Sequence record: SRR33789315_30
Direction: 5' to 3' (one strand)
Length of the DNA stretch: 61,763 bases
A model generated the notes under the pieces. That model was not told the DNA's origin. It saw only the letters and a list, made by a program, of their open reading frames with translations, and did not search any database. Made by a program: the position numbers and the translations under genes. Positions 36,508 through 47,274 of this stretch are shown in pieces; the stretch's first letter is position 1; every line of letters begins with the position of its first letter.

Positions 36508-37971
36508 TTACTTTTTATGAGGCACTTTATCTTCCTCTATATCCCAAGCTTTATCCGGATCTTTTGCAGGATCATAATGTAGCATCCCTTCTCCTTTAGC
36601 AATTATAGAAGAAACCGTAGCGTCACCAGTTACATTTACAACGGTACGACACATATCTAGAATACGGTCAACAGGAAGAATAATCCCAATCCAAGCCGGA
36701 TTTAATCCTACAGATTGCAACACAATAATCAACATAACCAGACCAGCACTAGGAACCGCCGCAGAACCTATAGAAGCTAATGTAGCGGTCAAAACAATCG
36801 TCAATTGTTGCCCTATGGTCAAATCAATCATATGCAGTTGTGCTAAAAAGACCACAGCTACTGCCTGATACAAACAAGTACCATCCATATTTACCGTAGC
36901 ACCTATAGGCAACACAAAACTGGCGATTTTATTATCTACGCCCAGATTATCCTCAACACACTCCATAGTTACTGGAAGTGTAGCCGCACTACTCGATGTA
37001 GAAAATGCCAACGTTTGTGCCGGTCCCATCGCTTTAAAAAATCCTTTATACGGAATTACACGTACCAAAAGTTTAATCAATAACGGATAAACAATAAAGA
37101 TCATCACCATTAAGCCTAGAAAAACAGTAAGCGAATACCAACTTAAGCCTTTAAAAATTTCGACTACTTTACCTATATCATCTCCCGCCATTTTACTTAC
37201 CACTCCAGCAAGTAATGCAAACACAAAAAACGGTGCGGCTTGCATAACAAGATCTACCATTTTAAGAAAAACCTCCATTATGCCATCTACAGCCTTAGTG
37301 ATAGGAGCCGATTTTTTATTGTCTATAAAGAGTAAACTTATCCCAAAAAAGAGTGCAAAGAAAATCACCTGAAGCATTCTTCCGTTATCTGCAAGAGCAT
37401 CAAAAAAGTTTTGTGGGACTAAATCTACGAGTGGTTGTAAAGGACCTTGTCCTTTAGTTTGGTCTGCAGTTGCCATTTTTTCGTTAACCGTGGCATTGAT
37501 ATCTGCTTTAGAAAGATCTGTTATTTCTCTGGCACGTTCAACAAAAGCAGGGTCTTTTAAATAATGGATTCCGTCTTTAATTTCCAGATTTTGAGAATCT
37601 GCCCAAATTTCATAACTAATCCTATTGTCTATTCGGCTTTGCTCATCGACCAATTTTCCGGGCTTTATGATATTAACCAAAGCCAAACCTAAAGACACGG
37701 CAAGCAACGTAGTAATGAGATAGGCTAGCAAGGTTTTGCCGCCCATTCTTCCCAGACTAGAAGGATCTCCAATATTTGCAACGCCATTGATGATACTGAA
37801 AAAAACCAGCGGTACAGCAATTAATTTTAAGAGATTGATGAAAATGGTACCAAAAGGGGCGATCCAATTTACCGTGAACTGGCTCCATCCCATTGTACTG
37901 GACAACAGGGCCCAGATAATACCCAATACCAATCCTATTATAATCTTCCAGTGCAGTGCCAGTTTCTTCAT
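36508..37971 (-). CDS. Dicarboxylate/amino acid:cation symporter (GltP/DAACS family)
   Basis: AFSTSSSAATLP, GATVNMDG, DRILDMCRT.VNVTGD. Confidence 0.93.
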   Translation of the reverse strand: MKKLALHWKIIIGLVLGIIWALLSSTMGWSQFTVNWIAPFGTIFINLLKLIAVPLVFFSIINGVANIGDPSSLGRMGGKTLLAYLITTLLAVSLGLALVNIIKPGKLVDEQSRIDNRISYEIWADSQNLEIKDGIHYLKDPAFVERAREITDLSKADINATVNEKMATADQTKGQGPLQPLVDLVPQNFFDALADNGRMLQVIFFALFFGISLLFIDNKKSAPITKAVDGIMEVFLKMVDLVMQAAPFFVFALLAGVVSKMAGDDIGKVVEIFKGLSWYSLTVFLGLMVMIFIVYPLLIKLLVRVIPYKGFFKAMGPAQTLAFSTSSSAATLPVTMECVEDNLGVDNKIASFVLPIGATVNMDGTCLYQAVAVVFLAQLHMIDLTIGQQLTIVLTATLASIGSAAVPSAGLVMLIIVLQSVGLNPAWIGIILPVDRILDMCRTVVNVTGDATVSSIIAKGEGMLHYDPAKDPDKAWDIEEDKVPHKK

Positions 37972-37974
37972 AGT

Positions 37975-38002
37975 TTATCTTTTGCCGTAAGGCGAAAGAT
38001 AA
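37975..38002. promoter_or_regulatory. Stem-loop between aroC and the symporter gene
   Basis: TTATCTTTTGCC-GTAA-GGCGAAAGATAA inverted repeat just upstream of the 37971 ATG; one arm contains TATCTTTC (-7-like) on the - strand. Confidence 0.55.
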
Positions 38003-38025
38003 AAAACTATCCTAAAAGAAAGGCC

Positions 38026-39090
38026 TTAAAGTTTGACGGTTTTATTGATTAAATAATAATCTGCTAAAACCAGTGCAGCCATAGCTTCTACAATAGGTAC
38101 AGCACGTGGTACAACACAAGGATCGTGTCGCCCTTTGCCCATCATTTCGGTAGCATTTCCGTTCTTATCTATTGTAGGTTGGTTTTGCATAATGGTAGCT
38201 ACCGGTTTAAACGCTACTCGAAAATAAATATCCATCCCATTGCTAATGCCGCCTTGAACACCACCGCTCAGGTTAGTTTTAGTACTTCCGTCAGCATTAA
38301 AAAGATCGTTATGCTCGCTGCCTTTCATTTGTGCACCTTCAAAGCCGCTACCATATTCAAATCCTTTTACGGCATTGATAGAAAGCATCGCTTTGCCCAG
38401 CTCAGCATGTAATTTATCAAAAACAGGTTCACCTAATCCTACAGGTACATTTTGAATAACACACATCACAGTTCCTCCTATAGTATCACCCGCTTTACGT
38501 ATTTCTTTGATTTTATCAATCATTTTTGCTGCGAAAACAGGGTCAGGACAACGCACATCATTACTTTCGATTAATGAAAAATCGAGTTCTTCATAAGGCG
38601 TACTCATTCTTATTTCTCCAACCGAATCTACAAAAGCATGAATCTTAACCTCTTTTAGGACTTGCTTAGCAATAGCACCAGCAGCAACACGACATGAGGT
38701 TTCTCTAGCCGAAGATCTTCCGCCACCACGATAATCCCTAACACCATATTTTTGATCATAGGTATAATCTGCATGAGACGGTCTGTAACTGTCTTTTATA
38801 TGGCTGTAATCGTGTGATTTTTGATTGGTATTAGCAATATGAAAACCAATAGGCGTTCCAGTGGTTTTTCCTTCAAAAATTCCGGAAAAAAACTCAACCG
38901 CATCGGGTTCTTTACGTTGGGTAACTATTTTGGATTGTCCGGGCTTACGACGCTCCATATCAAGCTGTATAAGATCAAAATCAAGTTCTAATCCAGCTGG
39001 ACATCCATCAATAATACCGCCCAATGCTTTACCATGTGATTCTCCAAATGTGGTTAATGTAAATAGCTTTCCGAAAGAGTTCCCTGCCAT
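38026..39090 (-). CDS. aroC: Chorismate synthase
   Basis: [39 protein letters not shown] at 39090 (MAGNSFG) preferred to 39108. Confidence 0.96.
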   Translation of the reverse strand: MAGNSFGKLFTLTTFGESHGKALGGIIDGCPAGLELDFDLIQLDMERRKPGQSKIVTQRKEPDAVEFFSGIFEGKTTGTPIGFHIANTNQKSHDYSHIKDSYRPSHADYTYDQKYGVRDYRGGGRSSARETSCRVAAGAIAKQVLKEVKIHAFVDSVGEIRMSTPYEELDFSLIESNDVRCPDPVFAAKMIDKIKEIRKAGDTIGGTVMCVIQNVPVGLGEPVFDKLHAELGKAMLSINAVKGFEYGSGFEGAQMKGSEHNDLFNADGSTKTNLSGGVQGGISNGMDIYFRVAFKPVATIMQNQPTIDKNGNATEMMGKGRHDPCVVPRAVPIVEAMAALVLADYYLINKTVKL

Positions 39091-39247
39091 AATCTTTATT
39101 TGTGGCACGAAAATACTCGCTTTTCACTAAAAAATAAACCCTAATCATTTCTATTTGTTTACAACCGTGTTAAAAAGAACTATTAATTTAAACTTCGGTT
39201 AAAGTTTCGGTAATACTAAAAGGGGTTATTTGAATAAAATATAAGCG

Positions 39248-40078
39248 TTGAAGCGTAAAATCGATCTTGTTGTTCTTTCTGATGTACATTTGGGAACCTA
39301 TGGGGCTCACGCAAAAGAACTTCTCAACTACCTAGGCAGCATTAAACCAGATACTTTGGTTCTTAATGGAGACATTATAGACATCTGGCAATTTAGAAAA
39401 CGGTATTTCCCAAAAGAACACCTTCAGGTCCTCAAAAAGATAATTTCGATGGCCACAAAAGGGACAAAAGTGTATTACATCACGGGTAATCATGATGAGA
39501 AACTCAGGAAATTTAGCCCTGTTAAAATGGGGAATATTTCTATTGTAGATAAACTCATCTTAGATCTGGATGGAAAAAAAGCATGGTTGTTTCACGGAGA
39601 TGTTTTTGATGCTTCTATTCAACACACCAAGTGGATTGCCAAATTGGGTGGCTGGGGTTATGATTTTCTAATTGTATTTAATCGCTTTTTAAACTGGTGT
39701 TTAGTTAAAATGGGAAGGCCAAAATATTCGCTTTCCAAAAAAATAAAAAACAGCGTTAAAAAAGCGGTTAGCTTTATTACAGATTTTGAGGAAACGGCTG
39801 CTCAACTGGCTATAGAAAACGAGTTTGATTATGTGCTTTGTGGCCATATACACCAGCCCCAAATGCGTACTGTTACGCACAAAGGGGGAGAATGTTTGTA
39901 CCTAAATAGTGGCGATTGGATTGAAAACCTCACCGCATTAGAATATGATGATGGAAACTGGTCTATTATGGAATATGAAACACAAAATTTACCTGCCACC
40001 GAAGCGCAAGATGAAAGTACCAATATAGAGATTGACCCGCGAGCCATCCTAGCTTCTATTACATTGTTTGCTAAATAG
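39248..40078 (+). CDS. LpxH-like metallophosphoesterase (UDP-2,3-diacylglucosamine diphosphatase family)
   Basis: SDVHLG, GDIID.W, GNHD, HGD.FD, CGHIH, NSGDW; TTG start. Confidence 0.85.
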   Translation: MKRKIDLVVLSDVHLGTYGAHAKELLNYLGSIKPDTLVLNGDIIDIWQFRKRYFPKEHLQVLKKIISMATKGTKVYYITGNHDEKLRKFSPVKMGNISIVDKLILDLDGKKAWLFHGDVFDASIQHTKWIAKLGGWGYDFLIVFNRFLNWCLVKMGRPKYSLSKKIKNSVKKAVSFITDFEETAAQLAIENEFDYVLCGHIHQPQMRTVTHKGGECLYLNSGDWIENLTALEYDDGNWSIMEYETQNLPATEAQDESTNIEIDPRAILASITLFAK

Positions 40079-40081
40079 TTG

Positions 40082-42403
40082 TTAATCCAACACCTTCAGT
40101 TTTGCAAACCGAAGCAAAAGGTTTTTAATTCCACCTGTTTCAAATGAAATTTCAGCCTTTTTATCTTGCCCTACGCCTTCTATTTTAACAATCGTTCCGT
40201 GACCAAAACGGGAATGTTCTACGCGAGTACCTTCATGAAGTTTACCTTCAAAATCTGATGCTGCTCTTGGGGTTGAGGTATCGGGTTTAATTTTACGCAG
40301 TTTGCGCAATTGCGATTCAGTAGGCGTTCCTACTGTTGGCGGTGAGCTGCTTATTGGTTTTTTTAATCGCAGTTTACTCTTATCTACTTCTCCAAAAATA
40401 TCCCGATCTACTAACGGTTTATAGCGATATGTCTGGATAGGCGTCTGGTTATCTACAAAGCGTTCATCTATTTCTTCAATAAATCGACTGGGTTCTGCAT
40501 CGATCAGTTTTCCCCAACGATAGCGCGATTCTGTATAGGTGAGATAGGCTTGTTTTTCGGCGCGGGTAAGTGCGACATAAAACAAACGGCGCTCTTCTTC
40601 TAGTTCGCTACGGGTATTCATACTCATTCCGCTAGGGAATAAGTCTTCTTCCATCCCAACGATATAAACGTATGGAAATTCAAGCCCTTTGGCCAAGTGA
40701 ATCGTCATTAAAGAGACCCGATCATCATCTTCGACTTCTTTGTCTAAGTCTGTTGCAAGCGCGACATCTTCCAGAAATTCGCTCAAAGAACCTGTTGCAT
40801 CTACGATTTCGCGTTGTCCTTCAACAAAATCGCGCATCCCATTGAGTAATTCCTCAATATTTTCAATACGAGCTACACCTTCTGAGGTACCATCTTTTTT
40901 TAATTCTTGCAACAAGCCTGTTTTCCGTGCAACCTGTTCAGCAATGCTAAAAGCATCTGCCTGCTCGTTTATCACCTGAAAACTTTTAATCATCGTAGCA
41001 AAATTGTTCAATTTTGTACGGGCACCTTGGTTTATTCCTATATCCAGTTGATTGATATGCTCAATGATTTCAAACAACGATTTATCATAGTGTTTTGACG
41101 CAACTATTATTTTATCTATCGTGGTAGATCCTATCCCGCGAGCAGGATAATTAATCACCCTTTTTAATGCTTCTTCATCTTTAGGATTGATGATTAAACG
41201 CAGATAAGACAGTACATCTTTTATTTCTTTGCGCTGATAGAAGGAAAGTCCGCCATAGATACGATACGGTATATCGCGCTTACGCAAAGCATCTTCCATC
41301 GCACGAGATTGAGCATTTGTGCGGTATAAAATGGCAAATTGACCATTCATTAACTGCTGGTTCATCTTATTCTCAAAAATAGAACTTGCAACAAAACGAC
41401 CTTCTTCCCCATCTGTAGGAGAGCGATGAACAATGATTTTTGGGCCTTCATCATTGGCCGTCCAAACCACTTTATCCAGTTTGGTTTTATTATGCTCAAT
41501 TACCGAATTTGCTGCTTCTACAATATTTTTAGTAGAACGGTAATTCTGCTCTAAACGGTAGACTTTTACATCGTCATAATCCCGCTGAAAATTGAGGATG
41601 TTATTAATATTTGCTCCGCGAAAAGCATAAATACTTTGTGAATCATCTCCCACCACACAAATATTCTGAAACCTATCTGCAAGCGCTTTAACAATTAAAT
41701 ATTGCGAATGGTTTGTATCCTGATACTCATCTACCAAAATATATTTAAACCTTTTCTGGTATTTGGCCAAAACCTCTGGAAACCGATTCAGCAACTCATT
41801 GGTTCTAAGCAATAAATCATCAAAATCCATCGCACCTGCTTTAAAACATCTTTCTACATACTCTTGATATATATCTCCTAATCTAGGCTTTTTTGCCATC
41901 GCATCTGCCTCTACAAGTTCGGGGTTTTGAAAATAAGCCTTAACGGTAATCAGACTGTTTTTATAGGACGAAATCCTAGAATAGACCTGTTTGTATTTGT
42001 AGATATCTTTATCCAGTCCCATTTCTTTAATTATGGCCGAAATCAAACGCTGACTATCCTGTGTGTCGTAAATCGTAAAATTTGAGGGGAAACCCAGATG
42101 ATGTCCCTCAAACCGAAGGATTTTAGCAAAAACGGAGTGAAATGTCCCCATCCAGAGATTCTTAGCTTCACTATTACCCACCATAGTGGCGATACGCTTT
42201 TTCATTTCACGCGCTGCCTTATTGGTAAAAGTCAAGGCCAAAATATTAAAGGAATCTACCCCTTGCTGCATTAAAAAGGCAATGCGCATCGTAAGCACAC
42301 GTGTCTTTCCAGAGCCTGCACCGGCAATTACCATTAATGGGCCATCTTTTTGTAAAACCGGTGCCCGTTGGGCATCATTTAATCCTTCTAAAAATTTTTC
42401 CAA
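40082..42403 (-). CDS. uvrD: ATP-dependent DNA helicase UvrD/PcrA
   Basis: AGAGSGKT, TFTNKAA, DEYQD, QNYRS, AKGLEF, EERRLFYVA.TRA, C-terminal Tudor-like HSRFG.G. Confidence 0.95.
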   Translation of the reverse strand: MEKFLEGLNDAQRAPVLQKDGPLMVIAGAGSGKTRVLTMRIAFLMQQGVDSFNILALTFTNKAAREMKKRIATMVGNSEAKNLWMGTFHSVFAKILRFEGHHLGFPSNFTIYDTQDSQRLISAIIKEMGLDKDIYKYKQVYSRISSYKNSLITVKAYFQNPELVEADAMAKKPRLGDIYQEYVERCFKAGAMDFDDLLLRTNELLNRFPEVLAKYQKRFKYILVDEYQDTNHSQYLIVKALADRFQNICVVGDDSQSIYAFRGANINNILNFQRDYDDVKVYRLEQNYRSTKNIVEAANSVIEHNKTKLDKVVWTANDEGPKIIVHRSPTDGEEGRFVASSIFENKMNQQLMNGQFAILYRTNAQSRAMEDALRKRDIPYRIYGGLSFYQRKEIKDVLSYLRLIINPKDEEALKRVINYPARGIGSTTIDKIIVASKHYDKSLFEIIEHINQLDIGINQGARTKLNNFATMIKSFQVINEQADAFSIAEQVARKTGLLQELKKDGTSEGVARIENIEELLNGMRDFVEGQREIVDATGSLSEFLEDVALATDLDKEVEDDDRVSLMTIHLAKGLEFPYVYIVGMEEDLFPSGMSMNTRSELEEERRLFYVALTRAEKQAYLTYTESRYRWGKLIDAEPSRFIEEIDERFVDNQTPIQTYRYKPLVDRDIFGEVDKSKLRLKKPISSSPPTVGTPTESQLRKLRKIKPDTSTPRAASDFEGKLHEGTRVEHSRFGHGTIVKIEGVGQDKKAEISFETGGIKNLLLRFAKLKVLD

Positions 42404-42533
42404 AACCGTATTTTTCCAAGGTGTGAAAATAAAGAAACTAGTTTTGTTATATAAAGACTATACTGTCTTTTTATAAACAGCTTATCCCCGTGCTTCACAT
42501 GATTTTTTTAATATCTTTAAACTTTTATCTTTT

Positions 42534-43067
42534 ATGAAAAATAGAATACTTGCATTTATCCTTCTTGTAGGCATTATACCCTTACAAGCCCAAAAGGTCA
42601 AAGGCGAAGTGATCACTGAGTTTGGTGAAACTTTTCCTGTATTAAACCCCGATTTTAAAACAGATACTTCAACTACCTTTAAAGTAGTTTTTGACATTTC
42701 CAGGGCTCCACAAGATTCCACGCAGATTAGTCCTTTTTTTAATACCGCTGCCAGATTTCTCAACATGCACCAAGGCGCAGGTGTACCACTTGAACAGTTA
42801 AAACCCGTTTTAGTTGTGCATGGTAATGCCGCTTATGGCTTATTAAACAATGCTGCTTACCAAGAAATGTATGGTGTTGACAATCCTAATCTCTCACTTT
42901 TAGACGCCTTACATAAGGCAGGAGCACAAATTATTATCTGTGGTCAGACTGCTCAAGCACGTGATATTTCTAAAGAAAAAAGATGGCCCCAGACGCGTCT
43001 TGCACTTTCGGCAATGACAGCTTTAATACAACTTCAAAATGATGGCTACCGCTTGATTTCATTTTAA
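42534..43067 (+). CDS. Secreted DsrE-family protein
   Basis: Signal peptide; KVVFDI, LVVHG.A, ICGQT, SAMTALIQLQ..GY. Confidence 0.75.
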   Translation: MKNRILAFILLVGIIPLQAQKVKGEVITEFGETFPVLNPDFKTDTSTTFKVVFDISRAPQDSTQISPFFNTAARFLNMHQGAGVPLEQLKPVLVVHGNAAYGLLNNAAYQEMYGVDNPNLSLLDALHKAGAQIIICGQTAQARDISKEKRWPQTRLALSAMTALIQLQNDGYRLISF

Positions 43068-43087
43068 AAATCCCTTAATACTAATTT

Positions 43088-44377
43088 ATGAAAAACCTAC
43101 TTACCCTTATTTTAATAACCCTTTTTACTGCAATAGGGTTTACACAAACCTCTCCCGACCCCGAGTTGATGGCTGCTGCAGAAAAAATCGAAGATAAAGT
43201 TATCGCCTGGCGTCGTGATTTTCATGAACATCCAGAACTGAGTAATCGTGAATTTGAAACCGCTAAAAAAGTTGAAAAACATTTAAAATCCTTGGGCATT
43301 CAAGTACAAACCGGAGTTGCCCATACTGGAGTGGTAGGTGTACTTAAAGGGGACTATCCTGGTAAAACAGTGGCGTTACGAGCAGATATGGATGCGCTTC
43401 CGGTTACAGAGCGCAATAATCTTCCGTTTAAAAGTTTAGTAAAAACCTCCTTTTTAGGTACAGAAACCGGTGTGATGCATGCGTGCGGTCACGATACGCA
43501 TACTTCTATCCTGATGGGTGTAGCCGAAATTCTTTCGCAGCATAAAGACAAAATACACGGTACGGTAAAATTCATATTTCAACCCTCAGAAGAAGGAGCA
43601 CCTCCGGGAGAAGAAGGTGGCGCGCGCTTAATGATTAAAGAAGGAGTGCTTAAAAATCCAGATGTAGATGCTATTTTTGGTCTACATATCAATTCGGCTA
43701 CGCCCGTAAATACTATTTTATATAAGCCCGGTGGAACAATGGCTGCGGTAGAACGTTTTGTGGTAAAAGTAAAAGGAAAACAAACCCACGGTTCTGCACC
43801 GTGGGCAGGAGTTGATCCTATATATATTTCGGCAAAAATCATAGATGGTTTTCAGTCTATCATTAGTAGAGAGTCTAATTTAACTAAAGAAGCTGCTGTG
43901 ATTACCGTAGGAAAAATCACAGCAGGTGTGCGCTTTAACATCATTCCCGAAGAAGCCGAAATGATAGGAACTGTACGTACCTTAGATCCTGATATGCGCG
44001 AACACATTATTCGCAGAATGAATGAGGTTGCAGAAGGTCTAGCAAAAACCTACGGCGGTAGTGCCGCTATAGAATGGCAAGACAACACCTTAATCACTTT
44101 TAATGACCTTGAGCTTACCGCACAAATGCTACCTACTTTACAAGAAATTGCCGGTAGTGATCACATAGTACTGACTAAGGCAAGTACAGGCGGTGAAGAT
44201 TTTAGTTATTTTCAAGAACAAGTTCCCGGTTTCTTTTTCTTTTTAGGCGGAATGACTCCCGGTAATAAAGAAGCATTTCCACACCATACACCCGATTTTC
44301 AAATCGATGAAGCCGGACTGCTTCTAGGTGTTAAAACAATGAGTCAACTTACTATAGATTACCTAAACGCTCAATAA
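43088..44377 (+). CDS. M20D amidohydrolase (N-acyl amino acid hydrolase family), secreted
   Basis: HPELS.RE, LRADMDALP, HACGHD.H, FQP.EEG, GEDFS, PHH; signal peptide. Confidence 0.9.
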   Translation: MKNLLTLILITLFTAIGFTQTSPDPELMAAAEKIEDKVIAWRRDFHEHPELSNREFETAKKVEKHLKSLGIQVQTGVAHTGVVGVLKGDYPGKTVALRADMDALPVTERNNLPFKSLVKTSFLGTETGVMHACGHDTHTSILMGVAEILSQHKDKIHGTVKFIFQPSEEGAPPGEEGGARLMIKEGVLKNPDVDAIFGLHINSATPVNTILYKPGGTMAAVERFVVKVKGKQTHGSAPWAGVDPIYISAKIIDGFQSIISRESNLTKEAAVITVGKITAGVRFNIIPEEAEMIGTVRTLDPDMREHIIRRMNEVAEGLAKTYGGSAAIEWQDNTLITFNDLELTAQMLPTLQEIAGSDHIVLTKASTGGEDFSYFQEQVPGFFFFLGGMTPGNKEAFPHHTPDFQIDEAGLLLGVKTMSQLTIDYLNAQ

Positions 44378-44379
44378 AC

Positions 44380-45654
44380 ATGAAAACTAAATTTCTAGTA
44401 CTCGTATTTATTTTGGGATGCTTCGGTTTTGCCCGTGCCCAAAAAGGTTATGAAAAAGCTATTGAAAAAATAGAGCCTAAATTAATTGAATGGCGAAGGG
44501 ATTTTCATCAATATCCTGAATTATCCAACCGTGAATTTAAAACGGCTGAAAAAATTGCTACACATCTTAAGTCTTTAGGGATGGATGTACAAACCAATGT
44601 AGCTAAAACAGGAGTGGTAGGGATCTTAAAAGGAACCAAACCCGGTAAAGTTTTAGCTTTACGCGCAGATATAGACGCATTGCCTGTAGAAGAACGCGGG
44701 GATCTTCCGTTTAAATCTATAGAAAAAAGCAGCTATCTGGGTAACGAAGTAAGTGTGATGCACGCCTGTGGTCACGATACACATATTGCGATCTTGATGA
44801 GTGTTGCCGAAATTCTTGCCAAGAACAATAATTTCCCAGGGACTATTAAGTTTATTTTTCAGCCTGCAGAAGAAGGAGCTCCTCCAGGAGAAGAAGGCGG
44901 TGCAGAGCTTATGGTTAAAGAAAATGTACTGAAAAACCCAGATGTAGATGCTATTTTTGGTTTGCATATCGCTTCAGAATTGCCCGTTAATTATATTTCA
45001 TACAAATCAGGAGGAATAATGGCGGCGGCGCAAAGTTTTGAAATCAATATAAAAGGAAAACCTAGCCACGGCTCTACCCCTTGGACCAGTATTGATCCTA
45101 TTATGACAGCCGTAAAAATCATTGACGGCTTGCAAACAATAATCTCACGGGAAGTCCCGCTTACACAAGAGGCGGCCGTAATTTCTATGGGTAAAATCAC
45201 AAGTGGTGTGCGTAATAATATCATTCCTGAAACTGCCCAAATACTGGGAACCATACGTACTCTGGATTATGATATGCAAAAAACCATAAACCAAAGAATG
45301 AAAGAAATGGTTCCTGCAATTGCTGCTGCTTATCGTGCCGAAGCTACTATTGATATTACCAAAGGAACTCCTATTGTATACAATGATCCTAAGCTTACCA
45401 GCCAAATGCTACCTTCTATAGAAAAAACAGCTGGCAAGGAACATATTATTATAACTAAAGCCATTACGGGTGCAGAAGATTTTTCATTCTTTTCAAATGA
45501 AATACCCGGTCTTTATTTTTTCTTGGGCGGAAAAGCCTTAGACTCAAAAGAGGCTGCACCACACCATACTCCAGATTTTAAAATTGATGAAAGCGGAATG
45601 CTTTTAGGAGTCAAAACTTTTATTCAACTTGCAATAGATTATTTAAACGGTTAA
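44380..45654 (+). CDS. M20D amidohydrolase, tandem paralog
   Basis: Same motifs (LRADIDALP, HACGHD.H, FQPAEEG, AEDFS, PHH); signal peptide; 2 bp after the first copy. Confidence 0.9.
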   Translation: MKTKFLVLVFILGCFGFARAQKGYEKAIEKIEPKLIEWRRDFHQYPELSNREFKTAEKIATHLKSLGMDVQTNVAKTGVVGILKGTKPGKVLALRADIDALPVEERGDLPFKSIEKSSYLGNEVSVMHACGHDTHIAILMSVAEILAKNNNFPGTIKFIFQPAEEGAPPGEEGGAELMVKENVLKNPDVDAIFGLHIASELPVNYISYKSGGIMAAAQSFEINIKGKPSHGSTPWTSIDPIMTAVKIIDGLQTIISREVPLTQEAAVISMGKITSGVRNNIIPETAQILGTIRTLDYDMQKTINQRMKEMVPAIAAAYRAEATIDITKGTPIVYNDPKLTSQMLPSIEKTAGKEHIIITKAITGAEDFSFFSNEIPGLYFFLGGKALDSKEAAPHHTPDFKIDESGMLLGVKTFIQLAIDYLNG

Positions 45655-45657
45655 TTT

Positions 45658-47274
45658 ATGGATTCAATTCTGGCTTTTTTGGGCGAACTCCCTTGGTGGG
45701 GATATCTCGTTTTTGCCCTCTTTCTTATTGCCATCAAAGATGTGTTTTTTAATAAAAAGCACATCATAAAGCACAATTTCCCCATAGTAGGGCGAATTCG
45801 CTATATGATTGAAGGTATAGGACCAGAATTGAGACAATATATTGTAGCCAGTAACAGAGAAGAGTTACCATTTAATCGCATAGAACGCGGTTGGATTTAC
45901 GCTTCGGCTAAAAACGAAAATAATTACGAGGGTTTTGGTACAGATCAAGACATTTATAAACCCAACTATATTTTTATCAATAATGCCATGATGCCTTATA
46001 AAGTTAATTTGGATCATCCCAATGCGGGAGATCCTTATTTTCTACCGTGTGCTAAAGTGATGGGAGCTTACAACAAGCGCAGAAGACCGTTTCGCCCGGC
46101 ATCTATTATTAATGTTTCTGCAATGAGTTTCGGCTCTCTATCTGCGCGTGCTATAGAATCGTTAAACAAAGGTTGTGGTCGGGCTCATGCGTTTCACAAT
46201 ACCGGTGAAGGCGGTCTTTCACCCTACCACAGAACGGGAAGCGATGTGATGTTTCAATTTGGTACCGGATATTTTGGTGTACGGGATGCAAATGGTGGTT
46301 TTTCTATGGAAAAAATCAAGGAGCTCACCGAAGAATTTCCGCAAATACGTGCGATAGAGATTAAACTTTCTCAAGGTGCAAAACCTGGAAAAGGTGGTGT
46401 GCTTCCTGCTGCAAAAATCACCAAAGAGATTTCAGAAATACGTCATGTCCCTATGGGTCAAGATGTCCTGTCACCTCCTAATCATTCGGCTTTTAGCGAT
46501 GTTCCTAGTCTTTTAAAGTTTGTAGAGGAAGTTGCAGAAACTACCGGATTACCAGTAGGAATTAAAGCGGCTATTGGCAAACTTGAGCAATGGAGAGAAC
46601 TGGCTGCCCTTATGGCCACTTCTGGTCGGGGTCCAGATTTTATTACTATAGATGGTGGTGAAGGTGGTACTGGAGCTGCTCCGCCTAGTTTTGCAGATCA
46701 CGTATCCTTACCTTGGGTTTTTGCTTTTGGGGATATCTACAAAATATTTAAAGAACATAAACTCACAGATCGTATTGTCTTTATAGGTGCCGGAAAATTA
46801 GGTTTACCTGCAAAAGGGGCTATGGCTTTTGCTATGGGTGCAGATCTTATTTATGTGGCACGTGAAGCGATGATTGCGATAGGTTGTATTCAGGCTCAGG
46901 TATGTCATACAAATACCTGCCCTACTGGTGTTGCCACACAAAATAAATGGCTTCAGGCAGGGATAAATATCAATGACAAAGCTATACGCACCCAATTTTA
47001 TTTTAAAAATTACCGAAAAGAATTACTCGAACTGGCTCACGCTTGTGGCTACGAGCATCCTTGCCAGATGACTATGGAAGATGTAGATTTTAGTTTAGGT
47101 GATCGCAGCTTAGTACAACCCTTATCGCATTGTTTTGGATATAATAAGGTTCCTGTACATTTTGAAAATGTGCAATCTTTAATGGATTGCGAGCATCTAG
47201 GTGGCCAATATTCTCATCAAAAAGCAGAGAAAAAAACTAAAATTGCAGCAGCAAAAAGTGAAGTACGTTACTAA
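45658..47274 (+). CDS. FMN-binding glutamate synthase family protein (YerD-like), N-terminal membrane anchor
   Basis: SAMSFGSLS, NTGEGG, EIKLSQGAKPG.GG, DGGEGGTGAAP, Fe-S motif CIQAQVCHTNTCP; no amidotransferase domain. Confidence 0.9.
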   Translation: MDSILAFLGELPWWGYLVFALFLIAIKDVFFNKKHIIKHNFPIVGRIRYMIEGIGPELRQYIVASNREELPFNRIERGWIYASAKNENNYEGFGTDQDIYKPNYIFINNAMMPYKVNLDHPNAGDPYFLPCAKVMGAYNKRRRPFRPASIINVSAMSFGSLSARAIESLNKGCGRAHAFHNTGEGGLSPYHRTGSDVMFQFGTGYFGVRDANGGFSMEKIKELTEEFPQIRAIEIKLSQGAKPGKGGVLPAAKITKEISEIRHVPMGQDVLSPPNHSAFSDVPSLLKFVEEVAETTGLPVGIKAAIGKLEQWRELAALMATSGRGPDFITIDGGEGGTGAAPPSFADHVSLPWVFAFGDIYKIFKEHKLTDRIVFIGAGKLGLPAKGAMAFAMGADLIYVAREAMIAIGCIQAQVCHTNTCPTGVATQNKWLQAGININDKAIRTQFYFKNYRKELLELAHACGYEHPCQMTMEDVDFSLGDRSLVQPLSHCFGYNKVPVHFENVQSLMDCEHLGGQYSHQKAEKKTKIAAAKSEVRY

